Positions 39,151 to 52,150 of a DNA stretch of 64,000 nt are shown one piece after another (the stretch's first letter is position 1; the number at the start of each line of letters is the position of its first letter). The stretch covers positions 125,986,001 through 126,050,000 of the forward strand of contig NC_086097.1 in assembly GCF_963921235.1 (NCBI RefSeq). The letters run 5' to 3'. The position numbers and the translations under genes are program-made. The notes under the pieces were generated by a model. That model searched no databases and was not told the DNA's origin. It saw nothing but the letters and a program-made list of their open reading frames with translations. The stretch comes from Mobula hypostoma (Eukaryota).

Positions 39151-39305
39151 TTGAGGTTGCGTTGGTCGTTAACCCAAACGTCGCATTTCACTGCATGTTT
39201 TGATGTTCATGTGATAAATAAATCTGATTCTGAACACCTCTTTTGAAAGATTTGTCTTCTTAACACATGAGATTGTATGAGCTCACTGACAAATCATTCA
39301 AACGC

Positions 39306-40558
39306 TTGTGACAGCACTGAGCCACACAACTCAGCTGACTGAGGGACTTTATCCGCTCAGGGTCGCACACCATCACCGACTTTATCCACTCAGGGGATCT
39401 CCCATCCACTGCTACCAACCTTATAGTTCCCACACCCCGCACTTCCCGTTTCTACCTCCTACCCAAGATCCACAAACCTGCCTGTCCTGGCCGACCTATT
39501 GTCTCAGCTTGCTCCTGCCCCACCGAACTCGTTTCTGCATACCTCGACACGGTTTTATCCCCCCTTGTTCAATCCCTTCCTACCTATGTTCGTGACACTT
39601 CTCACGCTCTTAAACTTTTCGATGATTTTAAGTTCCCTGGCCCCCACCGCTTTATTTTCACCATGGATGTCCAGTCCTTATATACTTCCATCCCCCATCA
39701 GGAAGGTCTCAAAGCTCTACGCTTCTTTTTGGATTCCAGACCTAATCAGTTCCCCTCTACCACCACTCTGCTCCGTCTAGCAGAATTAGTCCTTACTCTG
39801 AATAATTTCTCCTTTGGCTCCTCCCATTTCCTCCAAACTAAAGGTGTAGCTATGGGCACCTGTATGGGTCCTAGCTATGCCTGCCTTTTTGTTGGCTTTG
39901 TGGAACAATCTATGTTCCGTGCCTATTCTGGTATCTGTCCCCCACTTTACCTTCGCTACATTGACAACTGCATTGGCGCTGCTTCCTGCACACATGCTGA
40001 GCTCGTCGACTTTATTAACTTTGCCTCCAACTTTCACCCTGCCCTCAGGTTTACCTGGTCCATTTCCGACACGGCCTTCCCCTTTCTAGATCTTTCTGTC
40101 TCTGCTTATCCACTGATGTCTACTATAAGCCTACTGACTCTCACAACTATCTGGACTATTCCTCTTCTCACCCTGTCTCTTGCAAAAATGCCATCCCCTT
40201 CTCGCAATTCCTCCGTCTCTGCCGCATCTGCTCTCAGGATGAGGCTTTTCATTCCAGGACGAGGGAGATGTCCTCCTTTTTTAAAGAAAGGGGCTTCCCT
40301 TCCTCCACCATCAACTCTGCTCTCAAATGCGTCTCCCCCATTTCACGCACATCTGCTCTCACTCCATCCTCCCGCCACCCCACTAGGAATAGGGTTCCCC
40401 TGGTCCTCACCTACCACCCCACCAGCCTCCGGGTCCCACATATTATTCTCCGTAACTTCCGCCACCTCCGACGGGAAGGACTGATGAAGGACTTCAGCCC
40501 AAAACATCAACTGTACTCTTTTCCATAGATGCTGCCTGGCCTGCTGAGTTCTCCTTGC

Positions 40559-40594
<36 letters not shown>

Positions 40595-40630
40595 GCTTGG
40601 GTTTCCAGCATCTGCAGATTTTCTCTTGTT
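39306..40630 (+). mobile_element. Penelope-like RT fragment joined to a pseudo-LTR tail
   Basis: FYLLPKIHK..PGRPIVS, MDVQSLYTSIPH, GVAMGTCMGPSYACLF, LRYIDN, FPFLD, RVPLVLTYHP. Confidence 0.9.
40561..40592. repeat. (TG)16 microsatellite within a Penelope tail
   Basis: Perfect dinucleotide run at the tgtgtgttgc position of the tail. Confidence 0.95.
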
Positions 40631-41789
40631 TTGTGTTAGGACACTCTCCAATCTGTGCACCTACCGAAGTTTGTCAAAGTTTTAGATGACGTGCTGAATC
40701 TCTGCAAACTTTGAAGAAAGTAGACGTGCCTGCTTGTGGGGGCACTTACATGCTGGTCTCGGGACAGATCCTCTCACGAAGGAATTTAAAATTACTGACC
40801 CTTCCACCTCTGACCCCTAATGAGGACCAGCTCGTGGACCCCCAGTTTGTTCCTCCTGTAATCAATAATCCATTCTTTTGGTTTTGCTGATATTGAGTGA
40901 GAGTTTGTTGTTGTGGTACTATTGAATGATTGAACTGTCTCACTGGATGGAAAATGATTGGAGGGGCCTGGTGGATAAAAGCCCTATTTATACCTCCCGC
41001 ATGCATTGAAGGGCTCTGACAGATGAACATCCTCAGCCACACACACAAACTGCTAGAGACACTCTGCAGGTCAGGCAGCATCTATGGAGGGGAATAAGCT
41101 ATCAACATGTCGGGCTGAGAGCCTTCACCAGGACTGGAAAGGAAGGGGGAAGAAGCCCGAATAAGAAGGTGGGAGGGGAGAGGAGAGGAGGAGTATAAAC
41201 TCGCAGGAATTAGGTAAGACTAGGTGAGACAGGTGAGGGGGAAGGTGGTGTGTAGGGGAGAAGGGGATGATGTAAGAAAACTGAGGGTGATAGTTGGAAG
41301 AAGTAAAGGTTATAGTTCCTTTTCTGTGTCTGTCGCTGTAATTCTTTTATATGAGAACAGTTGAGCGGAAGTATCATAGAACAGAATTATAGAGATTGAC
41401 ACAGAACAGGAACTATAACAGGTTCCTGCCAAACTTGGCTACTGTGCTCCACCCTTTGAACTCATTACTGTGGATCGGAAAGAAATAGTAATGGACAAAG
41501 CAGTGAGAGGAGGCTTTCAAAATGTGAAAGGAAGTAGTGATGTCAGGCACTGCACTGACACGTTATCTACATCGTCCACTGAAGCTTGCCTGCGATGCCT
41601 CACCTTATGGTATAAGTGCAGTCATGTCACACGTTATGAGTGATGGAAGAGAATGATCCATAACCTTTACATCACGTTCCCCTACCATTGCAGAGGAAAA
41701 TTACGCGCAGATTGACAGAAAGGTCTTGAGTCTGGTTTGGGGTGTAAAACGTGCCTGATTCTGTACAGGAGAGAGTTTACAGAATCAGA

Positions 41790-42410
41790 TTACAAGTACT
41801 GGTTGAAACAGTACTGATTAATGCAGCTGCAAAGAATGCGCTACAGCGCCTATATTTCATCGGGAATTGGAGGGGATTTGGTATGCCACCCAAGACACTC
41901 AGAAATCTCTACGGATGTATTGTGGAGAGCTTTCCAATTGGTTGTTTCACCGTCTGGTATGGGGTGGGGGGCGGTGGCAAGGATCGAAAGAAGTTGCTGA
42001 AAGTTGTGAACTCAGTCAGCTTCTTCATGGGCACTAGCCATCATTGGTATCCAGGATACCTCTAAGGTGCAAGGCCTCAGAAAAGGTGGCGTCCATCATT
42101 AAGGACCCCCATCACCCAGGGCGTAGCCTCATCCATTGCTGCCAACAGGGAGGAGGTACAGAAGTCTAAGCCACACACTTTTAGTGACTGAGGAACAGCT
42201 TCTGCCCCTCTCCCATCTGATATCTGATTTCTGAATGGACATGGAACTCATGAACTTTTTGCACTAATTATTTAATTTAACTATTTTATATACCGTATAT
42301 ATATGTGCTGCAATTCAGATATTTTATTATTTTGTATTGTATAATAATAATAATGTGCTAAAACAACAAATTTCGTGACATGTGGCGGTAATGTTAGACC
42401 TGATCCTGGT
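41790..42410 (+). mobile_element. Rex1/Babar-like LINE 3' fragment nested in Gypsy RNase H
   Basis: QRLYFIGNWRGFG..KTLRNLYGCIVES and DRKKLLKVV motifs; Gypsy homology resumes at ~42412. Confidence 0.78.
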
Positions 42411-44277
42411 CTCATTCTGTATGGTCGTCAGCAAGGTGCTCCACTAACAGCAGCAGCATGAACACAGAGATGGGCTCTGTTTCTTGGAGGACACGATTAC
42501 AAGATTGAATTCAAGAGGCCGACCAATCATGGAAATGCTGATAGATTGGCCTGTTTACCTTCGGAAACAGAAGCACTGGAAAAATTTACTGAAAAAGACA
42601 CTCCTCTTGACGTATTCTCCCTAATGCAAGTCCAAAGTCTCCCTGTTACGGCAGAGATGATCCAAAGGGAAACCAGAAAAGGCACCACACTGTCTCAGGT
42701 CTACAGGGCAACCCAACATGGCTGGAATGTGGAGCAGAAATTCCAGTTCCCCCATTGTTACCATCGCTGGGATGAACTTGCCCTTGACAGGGGTTGCCTT
42801 AGGTGTGGATTGAGAGTTGCTGTACTATCCAAGCTGAGAGTTAAAGTGTTGGAGGAGCTACATGCTGGTCATCTAGGCGTGGTCAAAATGAAAGCATTGG
42901 CGCAAAGCTTTGTCTGCTGGCCTGGGAGAGGTCAGCAGACCGAGCAGCTGGTCATGCACTGGACAGATGCCAACACGTCCAGAAGATGCCTCGCAGTCCC
43001 TGAGATTGTCCTGCATTGCCCAGGCAGAGGATTCATGTGGCTTTCGCCAGACTATTCATGGGTACAAATTTCTTGGTAGTAGGGGATGCAACTACGAAGT
43101 GGCCAGAAGTAATGCCAACAGTCTCCATTACGTCCTCACACACTGTTGATGTATTGATAAGTCTCTTTTGAAGGACTGGTGTTCCAGAACACCTAGTCTG
43201 TGGCAATGGAGCACAGTTCAAGGGGGAACAGTTTCAGTCATTCATAAAAATACATGGAATAAGACATATTATATCTGCACCGTACCGCCCAGCTACAAAT
43301 CGCAGCTTGGTGGACAGGTTTCTCCAGAGTCTGAAAAGCGCACTGCAAGCAATGTCAGCGGAACACACTGCACTGGATCAGAAGCTCACCAATCCCTCCT
43401 TGCACACAATACACTCCACACGCAACACCCCATCAGCTGTGCTGTTCCTGGGTCATCCCTTGCCTTAACGCTTGGATCTCCTCAAGCCCAGTGTCAGAAG
43501 CAGGATGCAGGACGAACAGCTGAGACAAACTGAGGGCTCTGCAAACAGGGAGGTTCAATGTTTCACTCCTAGATAAGCGAGGGACTATAGAGAGGATCAA
43601 AAATGGGTACATGGAAAGATTAGGGCCGGAACTGACTTAGTGTTGGTGTAGTGTGTTCTGCTGATGTTGTTCAGGTAAATGTTCTTTAGACTCCGGACAA
43701 AACTTAGCGCCAGGCTGCCATTTGTAGCTGGGTGGTTTGGTGCAGATGTAATATGGCTTATTCTATTCAATTTCAGGGATGATTGAAACTGTTCCCCCAC
43801 AAACTGTGGTCCATTGTCACTGACTAAGCGTCCTGGAACACCAGTCCTCTTGAAGAGATTTCTCACTCTCCTGCACGGTGGAGATTGCATTGATGTCATC
43901 CGGAGATGACACATCGATCAGCTGAGGAGAGCAGAGTCAATTGTTAGAGAAGGAAATTGGCTACCGCTGTCAGACCCACTTCCTGCACTCCCAGAGTCAG
44001 CTCCCACAACCACGAAGGAGGGCCCAGAACCCGAGATTGCTTCACACCCACACCTCTCACCTGCCAAGCAGAGTGAAAGATGTTATCTCCCAAGAGTAAG
44101 GAATCCTCCACTGTGATTAAATCTTTAGGCCTGAATGGAGCAATTTAAAATTTACTATGATGTGGATGCCTGTATACAGTAGTTGTATTATATAGTAAAC
44201 TATGTACAGTATATATTTGAGATGCATTTTATGAGGAAGTTTATAATATAATAAGTTTATAGCTAAGCAGGGAGGAG

Positions 44278-44525
44278 TGTTGTGTCTTTAATATTTCAGT
44301 AATTGAGTAATCTTGTATATATATATTATTTGATTAAACATTCTTGTTCGTTTAAACAATTTGTTATGGGTTATATGTATAAATATTTGAATTGCATATG
44401 TCTTCATGCTACCAGGGGATATGTGCGCACCTCACTTAATGGTAAACTCGAAGTTATACCCACATTTTGTACTCCCGTGTCTTCATTTGAATTAGTTTAA
44501 TGTATTGAAGTTACAAAACATAACA
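44278..44525 (+). repeat. 3' LTR of the Gypsy element (248 bp)
   Basis: Starts TGTTGTG immediately after the PPT and ends ATAACA; homologous to 7354-7600. Confidence 0.88.
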
Positions 44526-45037
44526 AGGGCCTCAGCCTGAAACACCAGCCGTTTATTCCCCTCCATAGATGCTGCTTAACCTGCAGTATTTTGTGTGCGT
44601 TGCTTTGTAATGTGTTGTTTCAAAAACAAAACTCTCATATCTCCTACCTGTCCCTCCCAGTTTGATGCCAGAACATCTGAAACAGACCATTGCTACCAAA
44701 GCCCTCTCTGCAGAGTCCGATTGACCGAGGTTTCCCTAATGTTTTGAAAGGGACAAAGGAACATAATACTGACAAGTTCACGATGAGATAGGGAATTTCC
44801 CCTGTGGCATTTAGTTAGCTTTGTTCTCAGGTGGTTTAAAAAGCCTAAAAAACTTACCTCATTGTTGGATGGGCAGGGGAGTTTGGGGAACTGCAGGCTG
44901 GGTGAACTGGAAGAGAAGTTGTGGGCCTTCTGAACCCATCAGACAGGACAATGCAGACATGAACCAGACTTAAAAGCAGGTACGTCACACTGGGTAAATA
45001 CAAGGGGAGAGACAAGTAATGAAGGAAAATAAGCAGA

Positions 45038-45283
45038 GGTGGCATGGAGCGTCGTGGTTGACGTAATGTGCTTCCAGCACCAACGACAGGGGTTCAATTT
45101 CTGCCACCGTTTGTAAGGAGTTTGTGCATTCTCCCCTTGACCATGTGGGATTTGTCTGGTGCTCCGGTTTCCTCCCACATTCCAAAGACGTACGGGTTAG
45201 AAGGTTAATTGGTCTCGTGGGTGTAATCGGCCAGCACGGGCTCGTTGGGCTGGAAGGGCCTGTTAACACACGGTATCTCTAAA
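45038..45283 (+). mobile_element. tRNA-derived V-SINE (HE1-like)
   Basis: Pol III A/B-box-like head (GGGTTCAATT); V-domain GGTGCTCCGGTTTCCTCCCACATTCCAAAGACGT; tail GGAAGGGCCTGTT..TATCTCTAAA. Confidence 0.75.
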
Positions 45284-45708
45284 TTCAAAGAAGAAATTTG
45301 AAAAAGAAATTAGTATGTTTTAAGTGTCCAGTAATCTCACAAGCTGTCACTGATCGGAGAGTGCAGAGAAAGGCCATTGAGAAAGCACACTTTAATAGTA
45401 AGTTCTCAGAGCTGTTAACAGCTTTGTACAATTGTCGGAGCAGTAGGCTTGTACGTGAAATGAGCAGACTGAACATCCAGTGGTTCCAGTGGGAGGATGC
45501 CTCCTGGAATCAGATCAGAAACTGCACTCCCAGAACTCAGCTGAATTAATAACTGCTCCTGTGCTGAATCAGAATCAACATTATGTTTATTTTCACTAGC
45601 ATGTGTTGTGAAATTTGCTATTTTGTGACTGCAATACATTAACAATATACTATAATTTATAATAAGAAATGATCATGAAAAATAAGTGCTTCAAAAACAG
45701 AACAAAAA

Positions 45709-46100
45709 TCTTTCCCAATCTTTTTGTTAATTTTCAAAATTATAAACAAAACAATAATATTAATAAAAAGAGAATAGGATTACATTATTGATAGCTAACA
45801 TTAGCAAATATAAAATTGCTGATAGTACAAGTACGTTAGATCTTCCCAACTCTAAATATAATAAATATAATTGAACATGGTAAAGGATAAATGGAAAAAA
45901 AAACTAAAAAAAAACCCAAACTAGAAAAGAAAAAAAAACATACTAAATTAAGCTAAGCAAAACTAGACTAACTAAACAAAACTAAAACAAAGTCGGGCTA
46001 ACATATTACATCGGATACAATCATTAATGTCGTTAACTCCACTCCTCGGTCCATATATTTTTAGTTTAAAAAAAGGATTCGAAAAAGATCAAACTACATA
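45709..46100 (-). mobile_element. L1 3' UTR fragment
   Basis: Reverse complement resembles the L1 3' UTR at ~58390-58480 (GAGGAG..GAGTT.ACGACA.TAATG); flanked by the duplicated AGAACAAAAATC. Confidence 0.6.
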
Positions 46101-47874
46101 AAAAAAACCAAAAAGAACAAAAATCGCGAGGGTAGTGTTCGTGGGTTCACTGTTTGTTGGGAAATCTGATGGCTGAAGGGAGGAAACTGCTCCTAAAACT
46201 TTGAGTACGTGTCTTCACAATCCTGGCCTTCTCTCTAATGATGTCAGCCCATGGTACAACTACGTACCAGTGATAGTCACCCATATTGTGATCCACACCC
46301 ACCAGCCCCTTCACCTAGTGTCAGTAATTGAATTGAATGATCTCAACCTATTGCTCATCTGACATTGGTAATAGATCAGCACTGAGCAATCCCATTCCGC
46401 TGAATATCTAATCTCAATGATGGTTCCCGTATACCAAGTGATCTCATGCCATTTCACAGCTAACATTTGTAACAGCCCGGACAGAGTTACCGAGCAGGAG
46501 CTGTTCACCGATGCCTGGTATTGTTTTTGTCACTTCAGAGCATTGTTCCCATCATGGACCGGGCCAAAGAACTGAATTTCCGAGATGAAGTAAGAGTGAC
46601 TACCCTTGACATTAAGTGTTCAGATTCAGATTTATTGATCAGATGTAAATTAAAACAGACAGTGCAATGTGTCATTTCTGTTAACAGCCAACACAACTTA
46701 AGGATGTGCTGGGAGCAGCCCACAAGTGTCACCACACACTCTGGCACCAACGGAGCACACCTATGATGCTCAGCAGAGCAATACAGAACACAACAAGCAA
46801 CAAAATAAGCCCCTTTCCTCTCTCCCACCACAAACACGACAGTGCTCCACCTCCAGGACAAGCGTCCTGGCCTCAACCATCAGTCTGTGACTTCCAGACT
46901 TCAGGCACCCATGTCCGGTGTCAGCCCCTGGACAAGTCAATGACAGAACCCTGTGGCACAAACTGCCAACGCACTGACTCACCAGCCCTTGTGCTTCCTC
47001 GGGCCTCCTGCTCACCAGGACATACACCGACCCGGGAAAGCCTGACGACTATGGATGTCCTTCATCCCCATGTCCACCTGTTGAGTTCCTCCAGTATTTT
47101 GTTAATGATGCTAATATCAGTCTGTTGGATTAAGGTCTAAATGGTTTTATTTTGTAATTTAACTTTCTTTATGCTTGTATAATTACCTGTTTACCTGTAA
47201 ATGTTTAGTGGATTTTCAGAAACTTGTAGTATAACTGGTTATGTACTTTGTTTTTCTGACTGTAAGCATGAGATGTCATGGTAACGTAAATTAAGACTGC
47301 ACTTGTTGTCCGTCAGGCTGTTTTTATTCAAGACTGAAGATTCCAGATTGTTTAATGTCATTTTCAGTACATGAATACAAAGGCGAATGAAATAGTGGTT
47401 ACTCTGGATCAGATGTAGCACAAAAAGAAACACAAGATAAACACAATAATAAAAAGACACAATAAATATAGGTACATAAGGTAGCTTATATACACAGATT
47501 GATTGTATGTAAAGTGACACTAGGTACAGGAATGTCTTTACTTAAGGTGACTGGCAGGAAATAATAAATTCATGGTGGTGGGCTGGGTTAGTAGGTGGAG
47601 CTGTTGGTCAGCCTTACTGCTTGGGCAAAGTAGCTATCTGGTGGTCCTGGTGTGGATGCTTATCAGAGAAGATTCCTTTCAATTGTCCAGTTTGAACTGG
47701 TTTTCAGTATAGAGAAGGAGCACAAGGCAGGTTATTTGTTACAGTGAATTGGTTACATTTGCCATGTTACATGCTGCAGTAATACTCTGTTATTTCTTTG
47801 TTACGAACATCTCATAAAACACCTGATCCAGAGGGTTGTAATCTACTCCTGACTCCCCTGAGTGTCCCTAGCAA

Positions 47875-50800
47875 ATTTCTTCTTTTTTACATTATTAGTC
47901 AATGATTTAGATGATAAAATTGATGGCTTTGTTGCAAAGTTTGCAGATGATATGAAGATAGGTAGAGAAGCAGGTAGTTTTGAGGAAGTAGAGAGGCTAG
48001 AGAAGTACAAACGTACTTAGATTAGGACAATAGGCAAAGAAGTGGCAGATAGAATATATAGTCAGGAAGTGTATGGTCATGCACTTTGGTAGAAGAAATT
48101 AAAGGGTTGACTATTTTCTAAATGGAGAGAAAATACAAAAAAAAACGGAGGCACAAAGGGACGGGAGTTCTTGTGCAGGATTGTGTTGTATCTCAATGCA
48201 CGGAGTATAAGAAATACGGTGGATAATCTTGTTGCTCTATTACAGATTGTCAGGTGAAATGTTGTGGCCATCACTGAATCATTGCTGAAGGATGGTTGTA
48301 GTTGGGAGCTGAATGTCCAAGGTTCAACATTGTATCCACGGGATAGGAAGGTAGGCAGATGGGGTGGTTTGGCTCTACAGGTAAGGAATGGCATCAAATC
48401 AATAGAAAAGATGTGACATAGGATCGGAAGATGTTGAATCCTTGTGGGTTGAGTTAAGAAAGTGCAAGGGTAAAAGGACCCTGGTGGCATTTACATACGG
48501 GCCTCCCAACAGTGGCTGGGAGGTGGACCACAGGTTACAACAGGAAATAGAAAAGGTGAGTCAAAAAGGGCAATGTTATGGTAGTCATGGGAGATTTTAA
48601 CATGCAGGTCGATTGGGAAAATCAGGTTGGTAATGGATCTCAAGAGAGTGAGTTTGTTGAATGCCTTAGAGATGGCTTTTTAGAGCAGTTTGTCATTGAG
48701 CCTACTAGGGGTTCAGCTATACTGGATTGGGTGTTATGTAATGAACTGGAGGCGATTAGGGAGCTTAAGGTAAAAAAAGCCCTTAGGAACCAGTGATCGC
48801 AATATGATTGAGTTTAACTTGAAATTTGATAAGAAGAAATAAAAGTCTGATGTAGCAGTATTTCAATGGAGTAAGGGAAAATACAGTGGTATGAGAGAGG
48901 AGATGGCCAAAGTAAATTGGAAGGAGCTGCTGGCAGGGATGTCAGCAGAGCAGCAATGGCATTCGTTTCTGGGAAAAATGAGGAAGGTGCAGGACATGTG
49001 TATTCCAAAAATGAAGAAATACTCAAATGGCAAAATAATACAACTGTGGCTGACAAGGGAAGTCAAAGCTAATGTAAAAACAAAAGAGAGGGCATACAAC
49101 AAAGCAAAAATTAGTGGGAAGACAGGATTGGGAAGTTTTTAAAAGCCTACAGAGAGCAGCTAAAGGTATCATTAGAAGGGAAAAGATGAAAAATGAAAGC
49201 AAGCTATCAAACAATATCAAAGTGAATAGTAAAAGCTTTTTCAAGTATATAAAAAATAAAAAGAGATGAGAGTGGATATAGGACCGCTAGAAAATGAGGC
49301 AGGAGAAATAATAACGGGGACAAGGAGATGGAAGATGAACTAAATGAGTATTTTGCATCATTCTTCACTGTGGAAGACACTAGCAGTGTGCCAGATGTTG
49401 TAGTGTATGAAGGACGAGATGTGGGTGCAGTTACTATTACAAGGGAGAAGGTGCTCAGAAAACTGAAAGACCTAAAAGTACATAAGTCACCCGGACCAGA
49501 GGAACTGCACCCTAGGGTTCTGAAAGAGGTAACGTTAGAGATTGTGGCGGCATTCGTAATGATCTTTCAAAAATCATTGGACTCTGGCATGATGCCAGAG
49601 GACTGGAAAATTGTAAGTGTCACTCCACTCTTTTAAGAAAGGAGGAAGGCAGCAGAAAGGAAATTATAGACCAGTTAGCCTGACCTCAGTGGTTGGGAAG
49701 ATGTTAGAGTCAATTGTTAAGGATAAGGCGATGGAGTACATGGACAAGATAGTACAAAGTGAGCCTCGTTTCCTTCAGGAAAAATCCTGCCTGATGAACC
49801 TGTTGGAATTCTTTGAGGAGATTATAAGTAGGATAGATAAAGGGGATGCAGTGGATGTTGTATACTTGGACTTTCAGAAGGCCTTTGACAAGGTGCCACA
49901 CATGAGGGTGCTTACCAAGTTAAGAGCCCGTGGTATTACAGGAAAGTTACTAACATGGTTAGAGCATTGGCTGATTGGTAGGAGGCAGCTAGTGGGAATA
50001 AAAGGATCCTTTTCTGGTTGGCTTCCAGTGACTAGTGGTGTTCTGCAGGGGTCGGTGTTGGGACCACTTCTTTTTATGCTGTATATAAATGATTTAGATG
50101 ATGGAGTAGATGGCTTTGTTGTCAAGCTTGCAGATGACACGAAGATTGGTGGAGGGGTAGGTAGTGTTGAGGAAACAGGTAGGATGCAGAAGGACTTAGA
50201 CAGGTTAGGAGAATAGGCAAGAAAGTGCCAAAGGAAATACAATGTTGGAAAATGCATGGCCATGCACTTCAATAGTAGAAATAAATGTGTGGACTATTTT
50301 CTAAATGGGGAGAAAATCCAAAAATCTGAGATGCAAAGGGACTTGGGAGTCCTTGTTCATAACACACTAAAGGTTAACTTGCAGGTTGAGTCGGTGGTGA
50401 GGAAGGCAAATGCAATGTTAGCATTCATTTCAAGAGATCCGGAATACAAGAGCAGCGATGTGATGCTGCAGCTTTATAAAGCACTGGTGAGGCCTCACCT
50501 TGAGTACTGTGGGCCCCCCATCTTAGAAAAGATATGCTGGCATTGGAGAGAGTCCAGAGGAGGTTCACAAGGATGATTCCAGGAATGAAAAGGTTATCAT
50601 AAGAGGAATGTTTGATGCCTCTGGGTCTGTACTTGCTGGAATTTAGAAGAATGTGCGGGGATCTCACTGAAACCTTTCAAATGTTGAAAGTTCAAGACAG
50701 AGTAGATATGGAGAGGATGTTTCCCATGGTGGGAGAGTGTAGGACAAGAGGGCACAACCTCAGGATAGAGGGGCATCCATTCAGAACAGATGTGGAGAAA

Positions 50801-52150
50801 TTTCTTTAGCCACAGGGTGGTGAATTTGTGGAATTTGTTGCCACATGCAGCTGTGGAGGCCAGGTCATGGGTGTATGTAAGGCAGAGATTGATAGGTTTT
50901 TGACTGGACATGACATCAAAGGTTACCAGGAGAAGGCCAGGAAATGGGGTTGAGGAGGAGAATAAAAAAGGATCAGCCATGATTGAATGGCGGAGCAGAC
51001 TCGATGGGCCAAATGGCCTATTTCTGCTCCAATGTCTTAAGGTCTAATGATTCCCTTAAGATTAATTTGCAGGTTGAGTCTATGGTGAGGAAGGCAAATA
51101 CAATGTTAACATTTATTTCAAGATGACTAGAATATAAAAGCAAGAAAGTAATGTTGAGACTTTATAAAGCACTGGTGAGGTCTCACTTAGAGTATTGCGT
51201 GCAGTTTTGGTTCCCTTATCTTAGAAAGGATATGCTGAAACTGGAGAGGATTCAAAGGAAGTTCACGAAAATTATTCCAGATTTGAACGGCTTGTCATTT
51301 GAAGAACATTTGATGGCTGTGTTACCCCGTTCAGATATGGCCCAAGTGTGGAGTGAGAGACACTGAAGCAGGTCGATAGTTCACAAACTTTAATGTGAAC
51401 AGTGTTAAAGGGAAAATAAACAATAAACGCCAGGCCAAATAGGGCCGTTAACTAAAACTCTCAAATGGGAAACAAAGCCTACACTGCAGCTGGAAAGAAT
51501 ATCTAAACATTAAACGAATACCACTAGTCTTCGGAATCAGTTGTCTCGCAAGTCCAATTTCTCAGGCAGGGCCGAAAGCAAACAGGCTGTGAAATGTTGC
51601 TGTGCTCTGTCCAAGTCTCGACTAGCACTACGACGACAAATATGGAGTTAAATACTATCACGATTAAATAACAATTAGCTGACACGTGCAAATTCACGTG
51701 CGCAATGCCGTATCTACTGCACTGCTGAATCCATGGTTGTGACACTCCGGGCCTGTATTCACTAGAGTTCAGAAGAATGAGTAGTGACTTTATTGAAACC
51801 TATCGGATGGTGAAAGGCCTTGATAGAGTGGATGTGGAAAGGATATTTCCTATGGTGGGAGAGTCTGAGACTAAAGGTCACAGCCTCAGTATAGAACAGA
51901 GATGAAGAGGAATTTCTTTAGCCAGAGATTGGTGAATCTGTGGAATTAATTGTCACAGGCAGCTGTGGAGGTCAAGTCTGTATTTATGTTTAAGGCAGAG
52001 GTTGACAGAGTCTTGATTGGTTAGGGCATAAAGGGATACCGGAAGAAGGCAGGAGATTGGGGCTGAGAGGAAAAATGGATCAGCCATGATGGAATGGTGG
52101 AGCAGACTCCATGAGCCAAATAGCTGAATTCTGCTCCTATAACTTATGGT
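47875..52150 (+). mobile_element. Nested CR1 complex: an older CR1 (47875-48183, 51049-52150) interrupted by a second CR1 ORF2 copy (~48184-51045) and a solo LTR
   Basis: The older copy breaks at gtgcaggatt and resumes at gattcccttaag. The inner copy has LNARSIRN, MGDFNMQVDW, YLDFQKAFDKVPH, GVLQGSVLGP, LADDTKIGG and its own 3' UTR. Confidence 0.88.
51320..51744 (-). mobile_element. Probable solo LTR
   Basis: TGTTAC...GTGACA termini; interrupts CR1 at gatggct/ctccgggcctg; TATA-like and ATTAAA motifs on the minus strand. Confidence 0.6.

Larger units (their letters stand above)
41410..44525 (+). mobile_element. Degenerate 5'-truncated Gypsy element (RT end, RNase H, integrase, PPT, 3' LTR), interrupted by a LINE fragment at ~41790-42410
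   Basis: YNRFLPNLATVLHPLN, LACDASPYGISAV, NYAQID, RWALFLGGHDYKIEF..NHGNAD, LEELHAGHLGVVKMKALA and RTGVPEHLV motifs with many stops. PPT AAGCAGGGAGGAG at 44265-44277. Confidence 0.9.

Noticed and set aside
4780..44525. LTRs at 7354-7600 and 44278-44525 as the two ends of one giant element
   Set aside because: They are in opposite orientations, clearly diverged, and each has its own internal sequence; they are two insertions of one family.
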